A stretch of 64,000 nucleotides of DNA, from NCBI RefSeq assembly GCF_009914755.1, contig NC_060945.1, one strand, 5' to 3'. Of this stretch, positions 25,050 to 39,934 are shown piece after piece. Position 1 is the first letter of the stretch. Each line of letters starts with the position of its first letter. The notes below the pieces were generated by a model. It did no database searches. It was not told the DNA's origin and was given only the letters and a program-made list of their open reading frames with translations. The stretch is from the human T2T-CHM13v2.0 reference genome, Homo sapiens. A program made the translations under genes and the position numbers.

Positions 25050-25760
25050 ACCCAGAAATTATGTTAAGGCAATCTCCAAATACTGATGCCAGCAGGCACC
25101 TAGCAGAAGCCATTTGTAAAATCCTATCTGGAAGAAAATAACACTATACCAGGCCTCAAATTATTTTTTATGAATAAGTTTTCAAATAAAATGCCCAGAA
25201 TATAAAGATGACCAAGCATACAAGGATACACAACCACATGAACAAAAACTGGCCAAAACAACAGAAAATAGACCCTCAAAGACTCCAGATTAGACATAGA
25301 TGTAAACATCTGGGCAAGCTTGGAAATTTTGGCAGGAAACTAGAAATTATGAAAAGTGGAATCTGCATGTTTGAAACACTACAAACAAATTGCCACAAAC
25401 TTAGAGGCTTAAAATAACATAATTTATTCTCACACAGTTCTGGAGGTCGGAAGATCAAAATGAGTCTCCCTGGACTATTCCAACATATTTTTAACTCCAA
25501 TCCCGGAAGGAAAGGGGAGAGAAAATGGGGAGAAAGGAACATTTAAACAGATACAAGCTGGCAATTTTCCAAAACTGATAAAATGCATCATTCTGCAGAT
25601 TTGAGAGACCAAGAGAAATCCAAGCTGGATAGATAAAAAGAAACACCATAGTGAAACTACAGAAAACTAAAGTCAAAGCATTACAGCAGCCAAAGAAAAC
25701 TGCAGACTTCCTTCAGAGGAGCCACAGGAAGCCGCACAGTGTTCATGGAAGCCAAGAGAC
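25050..25760 (+). mobile_element. Degenerate old L1 ORF1-region fragments with a short MLT fragment (about 25370-25470)
   Basis: aaagatgaccaagcatacaagg, caattttccaaaactgataaa, catagtgaaactacagaaaactaaag. Confidence 0.45.
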
Positions 25761-26102
25761 AGTAGGGAGGCATTTCCGGTCCACTCCCAATCTACGATCC
25801 CCCACCACGCAAATGCCCCTGGATGCAACCTCTATTCTTTGTACAGCAGCTGGGTTGGTAAAATAGAAACTTCAATATCCTGCCACCTGGGGGACCACTC
25901 ATTCCCCAAACATTTAGAGGGGACTGTTCTGTATAACGGGTTAAATGTCTTCTGGGTGACAGAGCAAGGCCCTGTCTCAAAAAAAAAAAAAAAAAAAAAA
26001 AGAATACCATCTTGACCCTCTTTGTAATAATTTATTTGAGACCCTTTGAGACCACCCCCCCCCCCGTAAAAATTCAAATTACTTTTTAATTTGCAAAATT
26101 TA

Positions 26103-26468
<366 letters not shown>

Positions 26469-26638
26469 TCAGGAATGTGGGAAGGTTCTAGAAGGCCAAT
26501 GGCTACAGCACCAAAGCATGCTGGAGGAGCAGGGAGGTCTGGACACCAGGCATGACCCAAAGGGCCCCAGATCTGCTTTGCAGGGCCACCAGACCCCACA
26601 TCGAACCCTGTGGACAAACGTTTCTCTTGAGACTTGTC

Positions 26639-27083
26639 TGCTGCGGTTTGCCACACTTACTACAGTTACCACGGGACTGAACGAAGGAGGACAAATGCAG
26701 AAATGAAAACTTAAACTGTTGGAAAGAAGGGGTTTGGGGAAGAAGAAGAGGGCTCCCTGCTTCTAGTGAGCAAGGGCCACCGCCGCGAGCTTCTACAGCC
26801 CTTCATATTTATTAGGTAGAAAGAGCAGGGAGGAGGAGGTAACGATCGGAGGGCTGCTTGATTGATCACAGGTTCACATTATTGCTCACAGGCTTCAGAT
26901 GTGCCTCATCACAAGAAACACCGCGCTTGACGCGTAACTGCCCTCAGCATTTCTTCGGGGCAGCAGACGCAGTTTGTCAGTTTGCCAGCATTCTGCATTT
27001 ATGAGAACAGTTTGCTGTCTACTCATACAGCCTCCAGTGGTATACTGAGTGGATCACGACCCTCACTCTTTCGGCCTGCAACA
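26639..27083 (-). mobile_element. LTR3 solo LTR (HERV-K3/HML-6)
   Basis: Reverse complement begins tgttgcaggccgaaagagtgagggtcgtgatccactcagtataccactggaggc; perfect 6-bp TSD CTTGTC (26633-26638, 27084-27089). Confidence 0.82.
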
Positions 27084-30000
27084 CTTGTCTAGTCTTAGCA
27101 TGTGATGGGGCCTCTGCTTCCCTGCTCCCCTCAACAGCTGTCCAGCCGTCTTAAGGACACAGTCAAGAATATGAACAAAGATAGTGTTTGCAATGGTTTT
27201 CATGGTAGAAAAGACCTGACTGCCACAGGGAAGACTGATAGGGCCTCTGAGGTGGCTCTGAAGTGGGGGGCCACTCAGACGCCTGAATGCCAACTGGAGG
27301 GAATGTGCGTAGGGCCTGAGAAAGGCTGAGAAAGGCTGTGAGTCTGGGATCAGGAGACGTGCAGGGCTGAACGCCATCTGTGCCCTGGAGTCGGTCACTA
27401 TAGTCCATCAGGGCCCCATCTCGGCGCCGGAGACACCAGCAGGCAGGCAGCATGCAAAGGCTCCCACTTGCTTCTGACCAGGCCCACCCTCGCCACCTCT
27501 GCCATCCCCAGCATCCTGGTACAGAGCACTGTGCCGGGTATTAAAATATAACATGTGTCCAAAGACAGGGCACGAGATCAGGGCACCAAGAAGCAATTAT
27601 CAGCAGTGCTGATCCAGACCATGGATATATTTTAGATCCAGCTTTTTGCTAACCTTTCTTTTCTAATTTCTCCAAAATGATCATAAATTGATTTTTCATT
27701 GAAAATTAAAAGGCTTTTTTCAGTGTTTTGTCTATTTAAGGAGAGGCCACTGCCACGGTCCAGCTGAGAGAGAACAACCTAGAATGCAGGTGGGGTAGTT
27801 TGAGAATCACCAGGACATGGGGCCATGTGTTCAGGCAGGGCCTGATGGGGAAGATACGGGGACCCTGGGACCTGATGGGGCAGCTGGGGGTGGTGACTGG
27901 AGCTCCAGCCACAATGACTGGACCACTCAGACAGTTTGGGACAGGGAGGGTAGGGAGGGCGTGCACTGACGTTTCAAGAAAACCATGAGGAGACTGTGGA
28001 GGGAGGCAAGTGCTGGAAAGCAGATGCCCAGTTGGAATCCCAGAGAGCCCAGGTGGAAGAGGCAGCTGAGGAGGGGCTGCCAAAGAGGAGACCACACAGT
28101 AGAGAGCTGGGGGGCGGGGGGGGGGGTCAGAAGAGGTGTGGAGACGGAACCCCAAAGTCCCTGAACGCTGAAGACCAGCACAAGGCTGGGTGAAATACGA
28201 AAGCATCAGTGGAGGTAGTTTAAAGAGGAGCTTGGCTGACAGTTCCCTTAAGCCCCCAGCAGAAGCAAAAGCAAATGGTCTCGGGGGAAACACACCTCCA
28301 AGGCATGCCTGGCTCAGAATGGACTGGGCACACAGAGGGAAGGCCCCAGTGTCTGGGGGGCTGGACTCCCTTCCTAGAAGTGCCACGAGGCAGTGGCAGA
28401 AGCCCCACCAGCCTGGGTCCCTGAGTGACTCTGTGGAACAGAGCCCCTCTGAAGATCTCACTGGACTGGTTGGTAATGAATGCGAGAAGCAAACTTACCT
28501 CAAGCCCTAAGATTTGGGAACCATTTGCTTCTGCAGCATAAGCCAGGCCCACTCTGACTGACAGAAACATGTCCCCAGCCGGGACCCCCACAAAACCATA
28601 CGCAGGCCACAGGTATTTGCCGCATGAGTGGCCACAGGCAGCCCGGTGTGGTCCACAAACCCCCAGGGCCAGTTCCTGAGGCCCAGCATGGTCCTGCAGC
28701 CAGAGGGTGCCACCTCCCTGGCCTGTGGGGTCTTCCCCCAATGCCACCCACTCAGCCCTCAGGGATTGGTGGAAGGGGCCAGCCAGTGTCCGAGGCAAAC
28801 CCCTCAGGCTGCACTCTCTGCCAGTGCGGAGCTCCAGGTACAATGAGCGACACCCTCAGCCACCAAGGCCCAGCTGGGGTGTGAGCCGGCACCCATGGGT
28901 GACCTCCTCTACCACCTGCATGCAGGTGGACATGGCAGCAGCAGCCTGATATGGGGGCTGCAGGGACCCCAGCTCCCCCTGCAGGGACACTCACCTGGTA
29001 ACCAAGCCTGTGTAGGCTGGCAAATCAGATGATTCAGGTGGCTAATTTATTTATGACAAACAGGCTAAATGTAGGTTAATTACTTTGTAATCATTGTCTG
29101 GAGGGCACATGGAGGGACCAGAGGCGGTCCACACACACTGAGTGTGGGCAAGTGAGCGCTGTCTCATGGGGCTGCTGCCAGCTGCCCGGGGCCCTGCAGG
29201 CTGGAGATATCTGCCCCGCGGCAGGCGCCCCAGGAGTGGGACGAGCCCAGGTGGAGGAACATCAGGCGTCACCTGTCCAGGGCTTGCACACTGGTGCCCT
29301 GGGCAGTTCGTGGTGCACACCTGTGTGTATGCGGAGCCTGTTTGCCCCCAGGTCCTGCAGCCCCTCATCCTACCCTGGAGCTGTGTCTTTGTGGTCCCTC
29401 GTAAACGTGGGGCCCCTTGTGATACCTGGGGCAGCCCCTCCTCACTGTCGCCAGCTGGCCCCTGGGCTCCCGCCACAGTCTCCTCCTTCCTGGACTCCAT
29501 CCTTTCCCATACAACAGGACAAGTGAACATTCCCGAAGGTCAGTCTGGATCCCGGGCTACAGGGCCCCCCAGAGCTGTGCCACGCCTCCCTCACATCCCC
29601 CACCCCCAGGCACAGCCCTACCAGGCCAGCTCAGGAGCCCCTGCCTCTCCCTAAACTCCAAAGCTCCACCCTCATTCCAGAACGAGCTGCTGCCCTGAGC
29701 CCTCCCCACCCTGACCTGGCTCCTTCTGCTGAGGCTCCAGCCCTCCCTGAGCCCGCTGAGGCCGAAGCCCCACCTTGGGGCCACGCTCTCCAATCAGCCG
29801 GCCACTTTGGCTGACAGTGGCTGGTAGGCTTCTCCAGCTCCCACAGCCATGGAAGCGAGGGACTGCTCCACCCCTACAGAGGGCTCTGGTTGGGCACACA
29901 GCAAACCCCACCACAGTGGGAGGGCCCGGCCACCAGGCCAGCATGCCCTCCTGCCAGCCCCCTGTGAGCCACAACCCAGAAAGAGCCTGGAGCTGAGCGG

Positions 30001-32347
30001 CCCCTGCTGCCCTGTGGCCCCTCTTCTCCCCGTGGACATCAGGCCAGTGGTGTTGCCAGATGACCATCCCTGCCCAGGGGGTCTTGCCCTCATGGCAGTG
30101 GTTGGTGTCCTTGCACAGAGCCCAGTGACAACCCCCCACGGCCAGCTCAGGGCACCGACACTGATGGGCAGCGGCCTCTCTGAGATGGGGCTTCTGGCCT
30201 TTCCTGCTTCTTTGGATGGGCCTTAGCCAAGGTCTGTCGGAATCTCCAAACCAGGCCTCCAAACGCCGAGTGTGGGCTCAGACGCCCAATGACTAAAGCC
30301 AAAATGAGCATCACATAAGCTCTGAATGCGCTCTTTAAAGGGTGACGAACAGGTGTCAAAACTGAACTTATGTTTGCTTGCGTCCCCTCCCTGGAGGTGC
30401 GCGGCCCTCACTCTCTCCCTGCAGCAGACTTCAGGAGAAAACGCAGAAGATTTGGCTGCACCCACTCCTGCTCCTCAGAGTGCTGAGCAAGAGCGGTCGG
30501 TCTGAGCAGTCGGGCAGAGTTGTACCTGCAAAAGGCAGGCCACAGATTACCAACGTTCCCATCGCTATTTCACGATTTTCAAATTAAAAAGTGACACATA
30601 TTGGCTCTAACAAGGGAATCAATACAAAATAAAGGTGTGAATTCCCTCAAGGTTCTGCTGCTGACTAGAATGGGGGCCTAGTCCTGGACTAGCACGTCTG
30701 CCCTAAACAGTCAAACACTGGACGGAACGCACAGGCACCAGTCTACAGGCGCGGGTGGGTGAAGGCTGTGATCCAGGGGGAAGGACACACTGCAGATGCC
30801 ACAGCTCCCTTCCCAGGGCAATTTCTACCCAGGCACAGAGGCTTGACTCCAGGCAGAGCCTGGCAGGGCCCCTGAGCCTAGGAGCTGGAGACGGAAGCAG
30901 GAGGGCACAGAGGCGGGGCCTAAAATTCATGGGGCCCCAAGGCCTCAGCTGGGTGCTGCTGCATTTGCCCGGAGGGAGCACGTGGCAACCTACAGAGAAG
31001 CTGCCTTGGGCTGAGGGGGGAGGAAACAAGAAGTGGAGGGTGCTGGGGACACAGAGCTCTGGCCAGGCCAGCATGGAAAGAGCCCCCGAATCCCTCTGAG
31101 ATCCCCTGGGCATCCAGCCGAGAAACTAGAAAGGCCACAACTGAGAAGTGAGGAAGACACCCTCAAGTAGGTCTACCCTAGACGCTGGCCATGCCTAAAG
31201 GCAAGCCCTGGCAGGAGCCACAGGAGAGACGGAGGGTGGACACGGAGTCCCACTCAGGTACAGAGACTTGGGAGGCCCTTGTGACATTTCTCAGACTCCA
31301 CCCAACAAATGGTAAAACCAAACTCGGACCAATTCAGGTGGACCCACCAGTTCTCAAGCGCCAAGGGGACCAAGAGCAACAGTTCTCTTCTGGAGAAGGG
31401 GAGAGTCCAGGGCGTCTTCCACGAACAGTTACATTGCTTTTCTCTCCACGCTCATCACTGCCTTGTTCTGAGGCAGCTCCAGCTGTGCTGAGCTGCACGG
31501 AGCAGGGGAGACATTCTCAGAGCATTCCAGATTCCAGCCAGAGACGGTGGGGAAGGGGCCCTGGAGCTCCTGGGAAGAGGGCTGGGCAAGGCCTCTCACT
31601 CAGGCATGGACCAAAGAATGTTCTTGGCTCCCCAAAGCTGCACACACACAGAAAAGGTCCACGCCGCACAGAAAAGCTCCCGAGAGCTCTGCCGCCACCA
31701 CCAGAGTCTGGAAACATAACATTCAAAATATTCACATAAAATTACTCAACATATAGTGAATTTAAAAATTACAATTCTCGAGGAAAAGATAATCAACAGA
31801 TGCCAACCCCAAGACGCAGCCGAGGCTGGAACCATCAGACGAGGCTCTAAGGCAGTTCCGGCAGCGTCCTCTGGAGGCAAAGGTGAGCACACCTGGGCTG
31901 CGTGAGAGGACAGGCGTTCCCAACAGAGAAACGGAGAGCAGGAAACAAACCTACACAAAGACTGTAGAACTAAAAAATACAACATACGAAATACAAATTT
32001 TACCCCATGGGCGCACAGCAGAATGGAGATGGTGGAAGAGTCAGTGGCCTTGAAGATGGGTGAATAGAAACGGCACATTCTGAAGAACAGAGAGCAAAGG
32101 GTGAGTGTGTATGTGTGTGTGAGCACGTGTGAGTGGCTGTGTGCCTGGGCGTGTGTGGGCGTGGCACTGTGTGGGTGAGCAGGTGTGGGGGTCTGGCATG
32201 CGAGGGTGGTGCAGGGGCGTGGCCGGGTAGCTCCCTGGTCCATTCCCCACCCCACTGCCCTCCAGCACCTGGTGTTCGGCATGTCACGGGCTCTGCCCTC
32301 CTCTCCTTCCCTGTCACCACCCACATCGTTGTCTATGGCAAACCCCA

Positions 32348-32563
32348 GCCCTGGGTTCTCAAACAGAAGCAGCCCAGTGGAAGGTTAGGCTGACTCGGTC
32401 CAGCTGAGTTCCGGGGTTGGGTCCCTGTTTGCAGGCCCATTGGCCAGCACCCCAGTCTCTGCCCGCTGGAGGCCGACAGCTCCTCACTGTGACAACCAGA
32501 AAGGTCTGCAGATGCCGCCCAGTGTGCCCAGGAGGCCAGGCAGCCCCTCGTTAGGAACCCCTG
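32348..32563. mobile_element. MER20-like hAT MITE
   Basis: ctgggttctcaa...tgtgacaaccagaaaggtctgcagatgccgcccagtgt...gttaggaacccctg. Confidence 0.55.
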
Positions 32564-33939
32564 TGACAAACACAGAAGGGGACTGGGTTGGAGATCACAC
32601 TCAACTGGAGGTTACGTTTTCACATTTCTTGCTAGAAGCAACCGGAATGGATAGGCATTGGCAAGCCGATTCCAGGACCTCTGGCCAGGAAGCCCAGGGC
32701 CTGCAGCTCTCTGTCCAGCTCCCAGTGTGCTAAGAGTGGACCTTGGCCATGCCGCAACTGCCAACTTCAACCAGGAAGGGCTGCCACAGCTAGGCTCGCT
32801 ACGTACCCTTGCTAGGTAGCTAATTCAGTCTCGTCAGAGCCACCAGACACAGACTCTCGTGACCCCACGGCATCAAGGAGGGTTACGTGGCTGGTGGGGG
32901 CAGGATGAGGAGCCAACCTGTCTTCCATCCAGGGACGCAGCTCCCAGGCCCAGATGGCGACCCAGCTCCACCCAGCCCTGGGGTCTTTGTAGGCAGGCCC
33001 AGGAGTGGCCAGCTAAGGGCACGTGTTTGTCTTGCCCACGTCCCCATCAGTTCCAGGGATCAGGTTCTTGCCACATCCACCTCTCAGCAGCCCCTGTGGG
33101 AGGAGAGAGGGGTGTGCTCCAACGCTGGCTGCCTGCAGGGCTGCTCTGGGGCTGGGATGAGTAGCCTTCCCAGGTGCCCACTCTGGGCTGCTCGGGCCCT
33201 ATCTCTACCATGTACGCCCCTGGAGCCCACGAGCCGCTGGCCTCACTGCCCTGGGCTCCACCCTCCATAGCAAGTCAGGGCTGACACGACAGGACACCTG
33301 CGGAGCAGCCCAGGCACGAGGGAAGAGACAGAGACAGATGGAGAGACAGAGACCGAGAGATAGAGAACTTCACAAAAGAGCAGGCCAAATGCTTTGCTGG
33401 AACTGCTCCAAAGACGCCCCCACAGGCACACACACTCTCCTACATGTGTGCACATATCTGCACACAGGTGTGCACAAACACACATGCTTGGTGACGTGGA
33501 ACCCGAGGTCTGGGTGGGATCGGCCCCCCCGGGACATTTGGGATCGTGCTGCAGCCCCGTCCTCTGCTTTAGGAGCTCCTTCAGGTGGGAACCAGTCCAG
33601 CAGGAGAAACCCGTGAGAATCCCAAAGTCTCTTCTGCCCTTAAGCTGCAGATGTTTCATGTGGTTCCAACTCATTTAGTATATTATCCAGGATTTCAAAG
33701 ATCCATTAGCAAAGGACAACCTTCCACGTTTGTTTCCATCTGAATTGGTTCCAACGAGACAGTCCTCTGCCAGAAAGCCCCACACACGCACACAACCTGA
33801 GAACTCTTCTGGTTTCCCGCTGCTCCTCCACCAGCCCTGAGCAAACAGGAGTGCCCCGCACAGAGGCTGGGGCCATGGCAGGTGTCCAACATGCTCCCTG
33901 CCCAGCAGGGATGTGCCTGTCATGGGACGTCCAAGGGAC

Positions 33940-34795
33940 AGGCACCCAGCACACCTGGGGTACCCACCACACCCGGACACCCAGCACACCCAGGACACCC
34001 AGCACACCCAGGCACCCTGCACACCCAGGCACCCAGCACACCCGGGGCACCTACACACCTGGGGCACCTACACGCCTGGGGCACCTACACACCCAAGCAC
34101 CCAGCACACCCAGGCACCGAGCACACCTGGGACACCCAGCACACCCGGGCACCCAGCACACCCAGGCACCCTGCACACCCGGGACACCCTGCACACCCGG
34201 GACACCCAGCACACCCGGGGCACCCTGCACACCCAGGCACCCAGCACACTCAGGCACCCTGCACACCCAGGACACCCAGCACACCCGGGGCACCTACACA
34301 CCCGGGGCACCTACACACCCGGGGCACCTACACACCTGGGGCACCCTGCACATCCGGGCACCCAGCACACCCAGGCACCCTGCACACCCAGGACACCCAG
34401 CACACCTGGGGCACCTACACACCCGGGGCACCTACACAACCGGGGCACCCTGCACACCCAGGCACCCAGCACACCCGGGCATCCAGCACACCCGGGGCAT
34501 CTACACACTCAGAACACCCTGCACACCCAGGCACCCAGCACACCCGGGCACCCAGCACACCCAGGCATCCAGCACACCCGGGACACCCGGCACACCCAGG
34601 CACCCGGCACACCCAGGCACCCAGCACACCCGGGGCACCTACACACCCGGGGCATCCAGCACACCCAGGACACCCTGCACACCTGGGGCACCTACACACC
34701 CAGGGCACCCAGCATACCCGGGCATCCAGCACAACTGGCACAACTGGGGCACCCGGGACACCTGGCGCACTCGGGGCACCCACACACCCAGCACA
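33940..34795. repeat. 17-18 bp VNTR/minisatellite, roughly 48 copies
   Basis: Variant units gcacccagcacacccag, gcaccctgcacacccag, gcacctacacacccggg, gacacccagcacacccag. Confidence 0.97.
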
Positions 34796-37700
34796 TGCCG
34801 CCCCAGGCCCATGGAACTCGTGCTCTGATCTGAAAGTTCTCTTCAGACTCAGACTGGAATGTTGAGGATCCGAGATGGTGGCCGCCTGGTAGGGACCTGG
34901 CCCTGCGGTGGGAGGGTGAGCAGCTAGGCCCAGGACTCTCAGTGGGTGACCTCCTGGAGGGATGCCACCCAGGGTGCGGCTCCATCCACCCCACGTTGGA
35001 GGAGCTCTCCTTCGGACAGGCCTGGGTGGGAAGGCATCCAGGAGCCATGTTGCTGACTGCTGCCAAGTCTCAGGTGGCCCCGTGGCTGTGCCCTGGAGGT
35101 GGCCCCATGTCACCCTTGTGAGGACGATGCCCCCTTCCCTCCTGGCACACATGTGCCCACTGCCACCTGAAGAGCTGACCGGGGCAAGGGGCACAGCTGA
35201 GGACAAGATGTCCTGACCACAGCTCAGACATGCGCTGGGCTGGGAGGGACCGAGACAGGAGATCCTGCCCCGAGAGGTGGGCGGGGGTGGCCTCCTGGAC
35301 ACGCCCACCACAGGGAGGGCTGCTGTCTCCCGAGCTACTCCGTGTTCTCTGTGCTTTGCACACATGGTCTTTAATCCTCACCACCACTCAGGGCTGGGAT
35401 GTGACTGCCATCAAACCCATTCCCAGACCAGAAAACAAAGACCTAGACAGCTTCCCTCGCTAGCCCAGGTCATACAGCTGCTGGGGTCTGAGGAAGGCCA
35501 AGCCCCAGCAGGCTGGCCAGAGCCACCTTCAGCTGCCAGGCCCACAGCTCACCCACAGCCACTGACCAGGCAGCAGTGGGGATGCCCCACGTCAGCCTCT
35601 GCCCACAGGGCAGGACCACAGAACACATCCTGCCCTCCCTCCGACCCCCCCGCCACCCCACGCCAACTCTGCCCATGCCTATTTGGCAAGCCCCAGACAA
35701 CACTCCTGGCAATGCCAGGAGCAGCTTTCAGGTCTGTGGTCCCCACACAAAGGCACCCAGCCCCACCCAGTCACACGACAGGGTGCCACTGCAAAGCCTA
35801 AACCGGAGATAGGGCCCTGCATCATCTCCCGACCACAGAGATGGGGCTGAATGCTCTGTACTTACACACCTGAAAAACCAGTTCCTTTCACTTTGCCATC
35901 CTAGCCTCTCATGAAATTGTACTCAAAAAAGAAAGCCACAGGATGCGTTCTTGTTATCCCTATGACAAGCAACTTAGAGCAACAGCACTGCCAGCTACCA
36001 GGCTGGCCGATCTTCACCCCAGCCCCCGGGGGGTTCTGATAAGGATGTAGGGGAGTCACCTGACCAGTGCACCACCCAGCTGGGGGCAGGGCCGCAGGGC
36101 CACACTTGTGGGAGGCAGACAACATGCATGGCCACTGCAGGGGGAGGAAAATCTGGAGTCTGGAGCAGAAGGAAAGTGGCTGGGGTGTCCAGAGCACTTC
36201 CCCACTGAGCTGGTGGACAGAGGAACTTCCAGGCATGTAAGGGAGGGTGCTGAGGGCCGGGCCCTGGTGTCTCCTGGCCCCGAGTGGAAGGTGAGGCTTT
36301 GCCAAGTGCAGCAGGTGGGCTAATAAGCCTGATGGTGGGGGGACTGAGAGGACCAGACCAGGGTGCGAGAAGAGACATGAGGTGGCTGTGTCGCAAAGGC
36401 CAGCACCTGAAGCGGGGGAAGGTGGAGCAGTGGAGGCTGCCCAGCAGGCCCCTGGGTCTAGGTGGACACTGCATAGGAGGGTGCAGTGGGCCTCATGCCA
36501 CCAACCGCACCCCATGGAGGCAGAGGGGCCACAGTCCTGGAGGGTGGGGGGCCTTGCAGATTCAGCGATGCATCGGGGCACGGCGAGGACCATTTCTTGG
36601 CTGGGGCTTTGGCAAATGACCTCACCTCCCCCACCTCAACTCCTCAGAGCACGCCCTCGGACATCTCATGGCTGGGTTCACAGCCTTCAGAGGGGAAGAT
36701 GCCCGGACGTGTGAGGACTTGCCCACTTCTGGTGTCAGAGCTCGGGCCCTGGAGGTCAGGTTCCACACAGCCAGCAGCGCTCACAGTCCAGGCATGGGAA
36801 CGGGGGCACAGGAGGGGCACAAAGGTGGAGAGCCCCATCTCCCTGACGCTCCTATGGGATCCCCGAACCAGTACGCCCACCCAGCAGAGGGCAGGGCTGG
36901 GACATTCAACGGGGTGAGGCCAAGGGCAGGGGTTACAGATGTTCGCCAGGGGATGACGAAGGGCATGGGCCAGCTGCCTCGGGGGCACCAGACCTGCCTC
37001 GGGGTACCAGACAGTTGGCACTGCCCAGTGGGTGGGTTCGGTGGGTGTTGAGGCCTGGAAGGTGTGTCTGGGATGGTGAGGGGGTACAGGCTATGGCTGG
37101 CTGAGTGGTGCCGGGGTTTGGGGGAGGAAGCTGGTGTTTCCTGCCTCTGCAGGGAGGTTCACCTTGCTTTGTCCCCTCAACAAAGCCAGGCTCTCGTGAC
37201 AACGGGTCACAACCTGGACAGATCTGAGGAGCTGAACACCTCCAGCTTCCACAGGGCTCAGCCAGGACCTGGGCCCAACAGCATTCCCTCCCAGATGGGG
37301 CCACCACGCCACATCAGCACGACGAGACCTCCTCCCAGGGTGCCCCCCCCAGCCCAGGGTCCAGGCCCCAGGCCAACACCCAGAGGGGCTGGCTTTGTTC
37401 ACAGCCCCTCTCCAAACCCTGCCCCCACCCCAAGCGGCCCCGCGGTCCCCTCCAGGGCAGGGTTTCCAGAATCCACCTGTCCTTAGTGTGTTCACTGCCC
37501 CTTGGCAGCCCCGAATTTTTGTACCTGTTTCCTGTCCCCTCCTTGTGTCCAGGTAGCATCCCCAGGGCCCTCGCCTCCAGCACAAATTCCAGCCTGCAGA
37601 AACCTTGTCAGCTCAGGGGGCCACGGTGCAAGGCACGCCCAGGGGAGGGAAGCTGGGGCTGCCCTGGGGTGCCTTTCTGTGCAGCTGGAGCAGTTCCATA

Positions 37701-38859
37701 TCCTATGAAGAAACTGGTACAGAACAGCACTCCTCTGAAAAATTAGCAACCTCATCTACACAGAGACTGGACTGGAGAAGCCCCAGCAGGTGCAGCAATC
37801 CCAGAAGTGAGAGTCAGAGCTGTGGACGCCACCCTTGCTGTGGCCCAAGCAGTGAACTGGGGCCGCTAACCCCCAGGAAGGGTGAAAAGCCCCAACACCC
37901 AGAAGATGAGACCCTAGAGCTTCCCTGGCCACCCCAGCAGCCCTCCCCATCCCAGGAAGCAGACAGTTGCATGGGAAAAGCAAGGACGGCACTCAGCCAG
38001 ACAGGCAAACAACTGTGGCAAACCAGTGCCAGCAGACAAAACCCAGAAACACAGAGCAAATGAAATGGTAAAAATCACTGTCAACCCCCAAGGTTATCTG
38101 CGCAGAAAGGGTCCATACAGTGGGGACGGCCGTCCTGAGGCCCGCTGGCCGGGCTGGCCCTTGGCTGGCGTCTGGGAACTGGGATTTCCGAGGGGCTCCC
38201 TGAACCCCGCCTCACTGGGCCTGTGCTATTTGTACAAGGTGGTTTAGGCAGAACACTCACATCCCTGCTGAGAGTCTGGAATTGTAGCGCAGCCCAGGCA
38301 GAAGCTGCTCACGTGACCAGCCCCTGGGTACATCACCAGGCAGGGCATCCCCAACATCGCACACGCAGAGTCCCAGCTGCTTGCAGGGGAGTGAGGCGCA
38401 TCCTGCGTGACCCCCACCCCAGGAGAGGCCTCCAAAGCTGAGCATGGTGCCCCTGGACTCGGCCCCAGGAACCTTTCCCTTGGCCGATTTTGCTCAGTGT
38501 CCTCCCTGTGGGAAATCACAGCCGTGACTACCGTGACCTGCATGGCCTCTGTCCTCCTGGAGAATCGCCGCCCTGGGTGGTCTTGGGGACCCCAACTCAG
38601 TATCACATTAGAGTTCTTACCCATTAAAAAGAATGCTTAGTGAGAACACTGGGCAAAGGGCAGAACAGACATGCCTGGGGGCCTGTGCTGAGGCACTCGC
38701 CCAGTGCACCCCACCAGGAGCAGCCTGGGAACCAGCCCAGGGAACGAGGCGCCAGCACCTGGGGAAGCCTGGGGACCCTGCCTCACAGGATTACAAAGGA
38801 AAGCTGACCGCCAACTACCAAAACAGAAACAGCAAATCACTGACACAGGAATCTGCCTC

Positions 38860-38865
38860 TTTATT
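38860..38865 (-). terminator. Candidate distal polyadenylation signal AATAAA
   Basis: TTTATT on plus; downstream on the minus strand is GU-rich tgatttgctgtttctgttttgg. Confidence 0.65.
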
Positions 38866-39320
38866 GACATGCTAAGTAACAAGACGCAGAGGCAGGTCTC
38901 ATCGCAACCAACCGTGACCACAGAGGACCACAGAGGAGTGATGACAGGGAGCTGTGCTTCTAAGCAACTGCAGGAGGGAAGCGCAGTCGGAACAGCCTGC
39001 TGGCTTCTAGTGGTCAAATGTGCCACTCACACAATGGCATCTGCTGAAAAAGCTGCAAAATGTCATTTATAGGTTAGTGAACACATCCGTCTCACAGACC
39101 CCAACTAACCTGAGAATTCCAGAGGAAGACCACAGAATGACAGAAGGGAGATCAGAAACAGAAGAAAACGTGCCAGAGCTAACCCAAGTCTGCAGAAAAG
39201 CCCCCGCCGTGAGGAATCCCAGCTGGGATGATCTGGTGTGCTCCCTGGGGGCAGTGGCCACAGGCTCCTCTGACAATACGACAAAGGGACACACACTGCA
39301 GGGCAGGGAAAACACAGAAC

Positions 39321-39326
39321 TTTATT
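39321..39326 (-). terminator. Candidate proximal polyadenylation signal AATAAA
   Basis: TTTATT on plus; downstream on the minus strand is a GU/U-rich stretch (gttctgtgttttccc...gtgtgtgtccctttgt). Confidence 0.65.
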
Positions 39327-39403
39327 TCAACAGTCATTAGGTTCCACCACACAACAGGGACACCATGGGATTGTTTTTTCATTTAATAAATACAAATGAA
39401 TAA

Positions 39404-39934
<531 letters not shown>

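Noticed and set aside
33851-35365. ORFs of 306-327 aa on plus and 316 aa on minus
   Set aside because: They are translations of the 17-18 bp VNTR, which lacks stop codons; all frames are open and there is no domain or exon structure
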